DNA of 63,968 nucleotides, the filler included, from Lenisia limosa (Eukaryota; Protista; Breviatea), in the NCBI GenBank assembly GCA_001655205.1. It is 13 parts of 13 records of this genome, joined end to end, with 100 filler letters (N's around TTAATTAATTAA, not from the genome) between each part and the next. Parts side by side here need not be neighbours in the genome. Positions count along the whole stretch, not along the records: positions 48,152 to 56,158 come from LPNZ01000495.1; positions 56,259 to 58,073 come from LPNZ01007789.1; positions 58,174 to 62,767 come from LPNZ01006545.1; 10 more parts are not named here. The stretch is one strand, 5' to 3'. Positions within the stretch are counted from its first letter, which is position 1. Every line of letters starts with the position of its first letter. The notes beneath the pieces were generated by a model that searched no databases, was not told where the DNA came from, and saw only the letters and a list, made by a program, of their open reading frames with translations. Positions 48,491-58,949 of this stretch are shown piece after piece. The translations under genes were made by a program, and so were the position numbers.

Positions 48491-51400
48491 GGCCAGTCGC
48501 AGTTCCTGAGTTTGAGGACTTTGTCAGTGGAATCGAGTCAATCTCGGGAATCGACATGGAGAACTTGGTGGGAGTTTTTTTAAGAGAAATATTTTAATAT
48601 ATCATACTATATATATAATACATTAGAAATTATGGACAAATATGGTAATTGTTTTATTCCAAAGTTTTCCAATGGTGGGAGGGGGAAGTGGTTAATACAA
48701 ATACTACACAAATAATTGCTTGAATAACTGGGAGGGGGATTCTGAATCATATGCCGTCCGTGGAAGTCAGCATGACAGTATTTCCTTTAGTCCTCATAAG
48801 GATAGGATAGCCCATGTTTTATTTATCATAAGGATTATAATCTCTTGCCTGTCTTATATTCTTGTGCCGTTCAAACAATTGTGCAATCCCCAGTTTACAG
48901 TTCAGATAATTGTGTACAATGGCAACCGCTTGACTTCCTGGTCCCTCGTCAAGGCCTTCAATAAAGAATCCATGCCAGTTTTCCGCTGCTTCGACTCTGC
49001 CGACGCCAAATGTTGGGGAGTGTTATCATTAGGGCTTCCCTACGGTCCCAAGAAAGACTGAATATCTCGATAAATTCTCGATAAATATATCATGTTTTCA
49101 AATATTTATTCACTTCAAAAAAGATAACCTTATTTACCAAACTAATCATTCCAGATATCCCAGAACACCTGGAAAAACTGAAACCCCACTTCAAGCCTAT
49201 TCCGAGTGAACATCATCGGACCAAAAGACTCCCTCTTCCAAAAAGCCAGAAAAGCAGACATCCAAGGTATTAGCTTGTTACTATTTGGAGATGCTAGGGA
49301 GGCACGCAGAAAGCTGTGTGCACAGAGTTGTAAGGCAAATGATTGGGAGAATTAATATGTGCTATATGTATTTTTTCAGCTTTAGATTTTGTTCATTTGA
49401 TCTGTCAACAATGCCTTCGATTTCTCATATCACTCTTCGTAATTCTTCGCTTGATAAAGCCTGCTTAGTCCTGAAGCTGACCTTTCAGAAGTACAGCAAA
49501 ATGTCATCGGTGAAATTCCAGACAATGACCAATATTACGTACACAGTCAATGTTTGTTAGGTGTCTATAATCCTATCATATCTCTGTATTTGGTAACATT
49601 TGGACCCCTTGTGTTTGTATAAAATATCAAAAAACAAAAATTCTTGACCCAGGGAAACAAATAATAAATATTCATGGGGATCACAGAAACAAATTGTTTG
49701 CGGAATTTTTCGACGTAAAAATGCCTGTTCATGTGGAATTTAGGAATTTCCCAGATTGAAAAGAATGTGTGAGATGTTTGTATTATATATGATCCAGTGT
49801 TACTTTTCTTCCAATCCAAATGAAGAAAATTATAAATGTGACCTCTTTAGATCGACCCTCAGGAGACTCTCTTCAAAGCATGCTGCATGGTTCTCTCTGA
49901 TAAAGCCAACGGTAAGCATGGTTAGATGGATGGTGGAGGGATAGGAGTGGGTGGTCTTGTTCGTATTATTCTTCTTTTCTAACACTGACAAAAACGATAA
50001 AATACCTTCATTTCAACTTTAACCGCATCAGACCTGCCCTCTGATAGAGTCAGGTTCATCTTAAAGCCCCATGGAAAACAGACCAGATTTGAGGTATTAT
50101 TGGACAGCTTCGGCCAGGTACAGCTCTCAACTCTACCTATACCATCTAGGCTTCGGCCAGATACACCTTTATTTTTTATTTCTCATTTCTATATTATGTT
50201 ATGTGCCATATAATCCAATATCTCTCATAATCAGCATGATGATGTGGACGGCTTCGGCCAGATGCCACCTTGTTTTATTTCTCATCTCACGAACAGATCG
50301 AGCTATTCTTTTTCAAAATACAAGAGAGCTACATTCGATTCTCGAAATGCGACATTTATTGGTACTTCAGAATTTTTAGTCTTTTTGAAAGCGTCTACTA
50401 ATCCGTTTCTAGGCTTCTATCGAATCGCTCAAAGGAGAAACGGTCTTCATTCAAATTCTGGAAAGAGGTGATCCTGCCAAAGACGTGGAAGCTAAAGCGG
50501 CAAAAGGCGATTTGTTGAGTTTGATGCAGTGTCTCTCCAATCAAGAGAAGCTCTATCGGGTAGGCGGTATATCAAATATCATCTGATATACTCTAACCTT
50601 TTTGGATCATTGTTACATGTTAACTTCTCTATCCAAGAACTGATAAGCTCGGCCGGGTACCACCTTGTTTTAATTTCTCATTTCTTATTGAATGATAGGA
50701 AATGTTCTGCTTCTTGTCTTACCATCAGGTACTCTGTAGTTGTTCAGATAAAGGCATTTTAAAGATCCTCAAATTGGTGCCTGTTGATTCGAAATTAGTA
50801 GGCGTTCTGCTCTCACCAAATAACAATAACAAACAGGTTGAATTGGCCAAAAACCCTCGAGTTAACAAGTATTTACTTCTGAGCCACCCTGAGTTGGTGA
50901 AGGACGAACAAGAGGTGAGCAGGTGAAATACAGGTACTTCTTTCAGAATACTGGAGGCCACGGATAGCCGTATGCTACCACAATTGAATATAGTATATTT
51001 GTTTGGTTTCTCTGATGATGCCATCATTGTCTTTTTCTTTTTATTTTCAACTCTGTTACGTATATATGATTCACTCCTTCAGCTGCTGTTGACAATTCAA
51101 TATTTCGCTCAACACCCTCTGTCTAACAACTCCCTGGTCGTTCAGGCTGTAAAAGGAGTGGCAAAATACCAGGTGAGAGGAGTGGCAAAGTACCAGGTGG
51201 TTAGTGTTTTCCCAAGTTGTTTGTGTGGTGGGGAGAAACAAAAAAAGGTGATCATGAAAGAAAGATTTTGAGGAAAAGCTGTCCTCATATGTCTCTTTCA
51301 GTAGTGGTTCAGAGTGCTGCTCTCAGTTTTCATTCCGTTACCTTGTAGTACAACCGAGCGATTGCCAGTATTACCTTTGACGCCCTCAAGGTCAAAAATT

Positions 51401-54379
51401 TCCGTTTTGTTTCAGACATTATGAACACTGGCCTACAGATGAATGATGAGAAATTGGAAGTTCGTTCTTCAAATCATTTTATTTGTTTAGGCGTTTCCAT
51501 TTTCCGAGAAGTTCTGGTCTTTGGTTCAGAGCAATATTCTTGGGTTTGCAAAGCATGACAAGAACTTCCTCTTCCAGGCGTATGGATCCGGGTCTGTGAC
51601 TTTCAAATCATTGGTGAGGGGAGTTAGTCTTGCCGTAAAAAACTCATCGAGAACATTGACAGCGAGTCTTCGGGTATGTGTTTTATTCATTTCTCGTAAG
51701 CTTGTGAAATTTTTGTAATTTGCTCAAAGTCTTTTCTCTGTGCGCAGTTAATAAATAGGCAAATGATTGGATGAATTAGCATTATTCTATAATCCAATAT
51801 CTCGTATAAGTTTGATGGTGTGGACGGCTTTGGCCAGATACAACCTTTTTTATTTCTCGTTTCGAAATATTGTCCAAATTCATCACCACTCCATAACTGT
51901 TTTAGTGGAAGGTCTATCAAAAAACTAAGTCAGAAGAATACGGAATTGATGTTATTCAAGCGTCGTCGTCGGGCTTGCAGAAAAAAGTTGCTCCTCACTT
52001 TTTTATTTTACATTTTTAGACGGATCAATTCCCCTTACATGAGGCTGTCAAAAACAAGCACCACCAACTTGTCTCTTGTTTTCTGACCTCCTTAAATTGG
52101 CAGATCAATCAGGTCGATTCGGTTTGCTGGGTTCAAAAAATACAACGCCCTTTCAAGCAGGATACCCAACCGGAAGAAGACAGGGCAGCAACCGAGCCTC
52201 TGCAGACGATTTGTCTTTATTTGACAAAAGAGTAGATTACATTTGCCTTCATAACTATATTTCTGTTACTCTACTCTTGTGTTAATTTCGTGAAGCAAAA
52301 GACAAAAAATCTGCAGAGGCTCGGTTGCTGCCGAGTCTTCCTCCGGTTTGGCACCCTACTTTAACATTAGCACAGCTTGGGCTTCACTTTGGTTCAAAAA
52401 ATACCGTAGTTTTTGGGGATTTATGGAGAAATTCATTCTTTTTTTTTAAAACCAAAGTGAAGTCCTCCTCACAACTGTCTTCGTGATCTGTTTGACTACC
52501 TTATATTTTGAAGTCCCTTTCATGGCTCTTCACAATATACTACTACGATGTTTTTAATGACATGTTTCCCCATTCGAACTTCAAGATTTTTATTTTTTAT
52601 TTTTACAAATGTTCAGAATCATAATACTGCCTTGAGTATTGCCTGTTGGGGAAATGACTTGAAAATGGTCAAGCTATGCATTGACAATGGCGCTGTAGTA
52701 GGTCGCAATGTTCTTGATAAATGGCTTGACTGTATCTGTAAATATCCTTAGTCTGCTACTGTGCACTTTATTGTTCTTTCTAATTGGCATAAGAGCACTT
52801 TTCCATTCAGCAAAGGGGCTGACTTGGTTTAATACGTTCCGATTACTCTTTTACACATCAGTATGGTGCTACAACACTTCAAAAAGCTGTCACAAGCGGA
52901 TCCCGTGAGATCGTTCAGTATCTGGTCGAACTTGGAATGGACATCAATGAGAAGAAAGAGGTGGGCTCTTTATAAAAACTCACAATGAAAATACCTAATT
53001 TGAGATTTGCTACAACCAGTTCTAGAGTTCTTTTACACATCAGCATGCTTCCTCATTTCTACAACTTGCTGTGGAAAGCGGGTCCCTGGAGATCGTACAG
53101 TACTTCATACAACTTGGAATGGATATCAATGAGAAGACCAAGGTGGACAGGGATGTTTTTTTTTGTTTTGCACCATTACTGGAAAATTGTCGTTTTTATT
53201 TGGTGATTGAGTATTTTTTTGCTCACAGGAAAGAAATCAAGAATGTACTCAAATGACTCAAGATCACTTTATTTTTTGAAATGTAGTTTTTTTTAAAAAA
53301 AAAACTCTAATTTTTCCTTCTCCCCCAATAATCCCAACAGAAATCGATTTTTTTAGTGGCTTTAATGCAATCCAGGAAGGCTCCCTACTCCATTCTGCTG
53401 CAAAGGAAGGCTCGCATGAGAGCATCATAACCTACTTGATCCAAAATGGACTGGATATTAGTATGACATCCGTAGGCTCTTGTTTTTTCCTTAATTTGTT
53501 TTTTCTTATTCCCAAATTTTTCTTATTTTCAGGATTGTGGACAGACCACCGCCCTTCACTTGGCTGCTGAGAATGGGCATTCTACCACAGCTCAAGTTTT
53601 GATCGACAATGGTGCAGATGTAAATGCGCTGGATATCACCGCCCTTCACTTGGCTGCTGAGAATGGGCATTCTACCACAGCTCAAGTTTTGATCGACAAT
53701 GGTGCAGATGTAAATGCGCTGGATATGGTGGGTTTGGCTTATCTCTGATCTTTCATGATACGAAGATAACCCGAGGGTTCATACCGATATCGAGTGTTTC
53801 GGAGTGTCATTGAAGCTTGTCGACGATCAATGATTATTGGATACATATCACTGCGTGGTAATAGTTCACAGTCACACGGTGAAAATGATCCAAAAAGTGA
53901 TATGATATTGACACACTTTCTTAATAACCGAATTTGCCCTCGACCGTTTGGCCACCAAGGCTACTTTCTACATGTCTCTTTTTTTGAATATGTTTTGCCT
54001 TTAAAAGGTGTTTTTGAGCCATCTTTGGGCGTTGGAGATATTAGTTCCAAAAAAACCATCCTCGCTTTTCTAAATGAGCAATTAAGGGGTGCTGCTAAAG
54101 TTACTTATCCACCTCAGCAACGCCGTTCACCTGTTCATATGGCTGCTACAAGGAAATCTTGTGGGGATATGATCAATCTATTGAAGAAATCAGGAGCCAA
54201 CTGCTATGCCAAGGATTTTGTGGGGCTTCACTTGGTAAATATTTTTGTCTAGTCCTTTCAACTTTTCAACTTTTCTCACCAAATAGGCGGGACGAACACC
54301 GTTAATGATAATGGGAGAAGTAGAAGGAAGAGAGAGAAGAGAAAGTTACGACGACGAAGATTATTATTATTATGGTTAA
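48491..54379 (+). CDS. Multi-exon protein with C-terminal ankyrin repeats and unidentified N-terminal region (could be two genes)
   Basis: Ankyrin exons FPLHEAVKNKH, TALSIACWGNDLKMVKLCIDNGA, TTLQKAVTSGSREIVQYLVELGMDINEK, SFLQLAVESGSLEIVQYFIQLGMDINEK, LLHSAAKEG, TALHLAAENGHSTTAQVLIDNGADVNA (x2), SPVHMAA and GRTPL..; stop ends at 54379. Upstream exons link in frame where checked (..NDQYY|IDPQETLFK..|DLPSDRVRF..). Confidence 0.8.
52378..52466. mobile_element. MITE family A copy (degenerate)
   Basis: GGGCTTCACTTTGGTT...AACCAAAGTGAAGTCC. Confidence 0.78.
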
Positions 54380-55099
54380 GTTGTGAGGAATGATGCAGCA
54401 CTCTCGTCGCGTGGTTAAGCTACACAGGCGCATCGCATCGTAAGTCCTATTGATTTCTTCGGATTTCCATAAAATTGCATGTATACATGAAAATAATGGG
54501 TCCCTCCCGTCAAGAATCCCTCTGCGCCGCAGTGTACAGTCTGGTGGCGAAAGGCTATATTTTATCTAATTTAGCATATTAGGTATTGAAAGGCCCAATT
54601 TATTCTTTCTTAGTATTTTGTTTTTATGATATTACGACCACTCCTTCCTCCTCGCGCCTCAGATGCCCCCCCGCTCCCCCTTGAGCCGTCGGTCTTACTA
54701 CTTGTGTCGTAGTCGCTCGCGCCAAGGTAGCTTCTGGTTTTTTCAGAGGGCTTGCCTCTTTCGTTTGACTATCATCCCTCAAATTGTATCCTATCTAGAC
54801 AAGTCCCACTTTGACATAATAAGTACATTATAAACAGCTAATCTTGAGCCTCGGGAGTGCTGGGGTCTAAAGCATGAGCATATAGCAGGGGAAGAGGAGG
54901 GGGGGGGGGGTAAAATTGGAAACTTATGNNNNNNNNNNNNNNNNNNNNNNNNNNNNNNNNNNNNNNNNNNNNNNNNNGGCTGACAACACACGAGGGTTGA
55001 TAACACTAAGCCATCCCATCTCCATACTCACCAACCATAAAAGTTTTAATAAAATCTGAAAGAATCCATGAGGGTTTCCGCTGAATAAATTTTCTAATT

Positions 55100-56158
55100 T
55101 TACTCCCCTCCCTCACCTTCCTCTGAACTTGGGGCATCAGGTAAAGGAGAGGGGGTCTCAGGAATCATTGAAACGTCCTTGGAAAAGTGGTAGTCCTCAA
55201 CGTTTTTCTCCTCTTTCACATCGCACTCCATTTGTTCCCCGGAGTCTACTGGGGTTTGCTCCTCTGGTGAAGCGCATTGTTCTTCAGTTTTGATTTTGAC
55301 TTCGGGTTCCAAGGTTTTCTGTCGTTCTTCCTCGACATTACTTGTTTCCTTTTCCGCATCAATTATCTCTGGTTCCTCAGTCTTCATAGCCACATTACCA
55401 TCTTCTGTCTCTTCATCATCATCCATGCTCACCATCTTCTCTTCTTCTTTCTTCTTCTCTTTACCTTCCATGCTGATCTGATCTTTATCCTCTTCTGCCT
55501 TATTCTCTTCAACAATGACCATATTATCCTCTTCTTGCTTCTTCTCTTCAACTTGGCCAAGAGTTGCTCCATTGTCTTTCCCCTCAACTTCCTCTTCGGG
55601 CTTTGTCTCTTCCTTCAACACTTCTTCGCTTTCTTCCTCTTTCTCTTCTTCAATTTTCAGGTGGACATCCTCTTCTTTCATTTCTAACTTTTCTTCTAAC
55701 GTGTCTTCTATCTTTTCTTCTACCTTTTCTTCTATCTTTTCTTCTATCTTTTCTTCTTCTCTTTTCCCTTCAATCTCGCTGTCAATCTCCATCTTTTCAA
55801 CTTCAATTTCCATCTTTTCAACTTCAATTTCCATCTTTTCAACTTCAATTTCCACCTCCACCTCTTCCTCCATTTTCTCACCTTCTCCTGTCATTTCAGT
55901 TTCTTCCTCCTCCTTGGGACTCTCAGCCTTCACGTCCTCAATCTTACCTTCCTCCTGCTCTTCAAGATCTTCCTCTGGTGCTTCAATTGCATCATCTTCC
56001 ACTTCCATCTCCATATTCTCAACAGGTAATTCCGCTTTCACCTCAGAAGGCTCAGCCTCTTTAATGCCCCCCCTCTTCTCTTCATTGAGCTTGCTCTTCC
56101 GCTCCAGTTCCTCCTTAATCCGGGCCTCCTCCTTCCAGCGCGCGCGCTCCGCCATCAT
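55100..56158 (-). CDS. Large Glu/Lys-rich low-complexity exon; gene probably continues in small exons to about 54400
   Basis: 352-aa open frame with internal EVEKMEI repeats; likely donor GAAG|gtgagg near 55118. Confidence 0.8.
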   Translation of the reverse strand: MMAERARWKEEARIKEELERKSKLNEEKRGGIKEAEPSEVKAELPVENMEMEVEDDAIEAPEEDLEEQEEGKIEDVKAESPKEEEETEMTGEGEKMEEEVEVEIEVEKMEIEVEKMEIEVEKMEIDSEIEGKREEEKIEEKIEEKVEEKIEDTLEEKLEMKEEDVHLKIEEEKEEESEEVLKEETKPEEEVEGKDNGATLGQVEEKKQEEDNMVIVEENKAEEDKDQISMEGKEKKKEEEKMVSMDDDEETEDGNVAMKTEEPEIIDAEKETSNVEEERQKTLEPEVKIKTEEQCASPEEQTPVDSGEQMECDVKEEKNVEDYHFSKDVSMIPETPSPLPDAPSSEEGEGGE

Positions 56159-56656
56159 NNNNNNNNNNNNNNNNNNNNNNNNNNNNNNNNNNNNNNNNNN
56201 NNTTAATTAATTAANNNNNNNNNNNNNNNNNNNNNNNNNNNNNNNNNNNNNNNNNNNNTGTTATCTATTACATGTACATGTATTATATAATGCTATATAA
56301 TATGATACGATATTTTCATACTAATTTCATGGGTGTTTCGAGTATGGGTGGGGGGTCTGAATAGTAATCTTTTTAATGTTCCTGGGGAGTTGTCAGCAAA
56401 CAGAGTTGATTTTGGCTTTTTTTTGTTTCATAATTTTCCCATTCCCACCCCCCTCCCGTACACTGGAGTGATGGGATGCGTGATGNNNNNNNNNNNNNNN
56501 NNNNNNNNNNNNNNNNNNNNNNNNNNNNNNNNNNNNNNNNNNNNNNNNNNNNNNNNNNNNNNNNNNNNNNNNNNNNNNNNNNNNNNNNNNNNNNNNNNNN
56601 NNNNNNNNNNNNNNNNNNNNNNNNNNTCCAATTTTACTCCCTCCCCACCCCTCCAG

Positions 56657-58018
56657 TAACTTCCGAGACTTCCTGCACGTTCCAGCTCTGGACTTCGCCT
56701 TCACGCGCAACGCCTATGTGGGGGGCTAGTGTTATTTCATACAGCTATTCGATATTATTTGTGATATTTATTTATGTGAGGGGATATTCTAGTTATATTT
56801 AGATAAAATCACATAGATAGTTATATTTAGATAAAATCACATAGATATGAATATTTATTGACATTCGGGGTGATGATATATGTAGTGGGTGAGCTATTAG
56901 CTTGCTTGTCTATATGGGGAGGCACATAGAAAGCTGTGTGCACAGAGTTGTAAGGCAAATGATTGGGTGAATTAATATAAAACTATAATCAAATATCTCT
57001 TATATGTGATAGTGTGGACGGCTTCGGCCCGATACAACCTTATTTTTTCACACTGGTGATCGCATACTTGCGATCGCACTCAGACCGGGGAACTTATATA
57101 TATATTATATATGATATACAGTGACCAGGATAAGTCTAGACCGATTTGCCACATGATTTCCCAAGGAAAATTAGACAAGACTTATTCCGATCAGTGTATA
57201 CATATCCAAACAAATGTACATGTAGTATACGTATAACGCGGAGGGATGGTAATTTGTTTATGGTATCCTTATGTATTTGTTTCTCTAGATTTCTAATGTG
57301 CAACCTGTTAAACCATCAATGTTGCTTTTGAATGACATTTTAGGTCTACCATACATACCTGGATAACACCCAGAATATTGACGTTGGTATGCGGGACGAA
57401 TTGGGCGGATACTATAATCAAATATCTCCTATATTTTGGACTTTTCGGTTCGAAAAAGAGGGTGTTTATCGATATATCTTCGAATATTATCGATATTTTA
57501 CCGTTAAGTGAAGCCATACTTACCGTGATGGTGTGGATGGCTTCGGCCATATACAACTTTTTTGCTCATCTGTACATGTTGGGGTGAGGGGAAATACTGA
57601 CACACTGGCCTGCTACCCCCCTTTTTTTTTTATCCTTTTTTTTTTGACTTACCCCCATAGGAGGAATTCAGGTTATCGGAGAGTCAGTGCTCAACATGAT
57701 CCTCGACCGTATGGGGGGGGGGGGNNNNNNNNNNNNNNNNNNNNNNNNNNNNNNNNNNNNNNNNNNNNNNNNNNNNNNNNNNGTTGAAGTGAGACATATG
57801 ATAAACTCAATTTCAGACAATTGTATTTCAATTTTATCAATTAATTTCCTCAAATAATTTATTACACGGAGCCTTGAATGTCCCGATAAATCCTTTTACT
57901 TCATATTCCCTACTTATCAAGTTTAGTGTATTATTTGTTTCTCTCTTATTTTTTCAACTCACTTTGACAGTCTGTGGCCCGAATGGTTATATCACCGCAA
58001 CCAGTCCAAGAAATGCCG
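56657..58018 (+). CDS. Hypothetical spliced gene fragment
   Basis: Exons NFRDFLHVPALDFAFTRNAY|gtgggg and GIQVIGESVLNMILD|LCGPNGYITATSPRNA|gtgagg. Confidence 0.5.
56915..57050 (+). repeat. Family C element (most complete copy)
   Basis: GGGGAGGCACATAGAAAGCTGTGTGCACAGAGTTGTAAGGCAAATGATTGGGTGAATT...GTGGACGGCTTCGGCCCGATACAACC. Other copies near 35254, 40826, 49290, 50098-50290, 51735, 57395, 62575, 62940, 63500, 63785. Confidence 0.88.
57117..57199. mobile_element. MITE family B copy
   Basis: TA-CAGTGACCAGGATAAGTCT...AGACTTATTCCGATCAGTG-TA. Confidence 0.82.
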
Positions 58019-58949
58019 TGAGGGGGCTCGTATTTTTTTAACCGAAGTGAAGCCCTACATAGTGTATGTACTGNNNNNNNNNNNNNNNNNNNNNNNNNNN
58101 NNNNNNNNNNNNNNNNNTTAATTAATTAANNNNNNNNNNNNNNNNNNNNNNNNNNNNNNNNNNNNNNNNNNNNTACAGCTGGAAGGAAATTATTTTAAAA
58201 AAAGTATGTATGTAAGTAATACTGCGATAAGGCCTGGCACGATTGACTAAAGAAAACGCTTCCATTGAAGCAAAGCAGGAGCAAAGAGAGTGAAATAGTT
58301 GAATATTGACAATAATCCTCATAGTATTTCCATGGATATTGCCATATCGAGTTATAAATGCTGGTCCTGTGGTTGGGAATTTAGTTCAAAAATATTCAAA
58401 GGTTTTATACAATTGCCATCCCTCCTCTTATCATATAACAACCCCCCCTCCCCCCATAAACTATTTTTTTCTCCATATGATATATATCCCCTCTCCCACA
58501 TGAAGAACCTGGTGATGACAGTCGATGTCGCGAACAATGAGAATATTGGCCGAAGAGGGCAGAACCAGGTCCAGGCACGTCTCAACCTTGGAGTTGGGAT
58601 ATATAGCTGTGGTGTTAAAGCAGATATGTCAAGATAGATACTGTTGGTGTTAAAACAGGTCTCAACCGCATTGTTTTAGTACTATTCATGGATGGGATGA
58701 AGATTTATTGTTTGTCAGGATATTGAGGAGCTTTGGAGTCTGTGACCGCGATAAGTCTTGACTCGGATATTGGGCTTTACCTTGAGTCAATCTTGTCAAA
58801 CTTAATGTGTATTTGTTTTCCCTCTTATTGAATCAACGCATATCATATTATTATATATCTTTGAAGATCCAATACATTTTTTCAAAAAAAAAAACATCAT
58901 ACCCCTCACATTCAAATATGATCTTTCGGTGAACAAACGGAAAGCTTGC

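Noticed and set aside
55277-56210. Overlapping plus-strand ORFs (Phe/Ser/Leu-rich, up to 231 aa)
   Set aside because: Antisense shadows of the Glu/Lys-rich exon.
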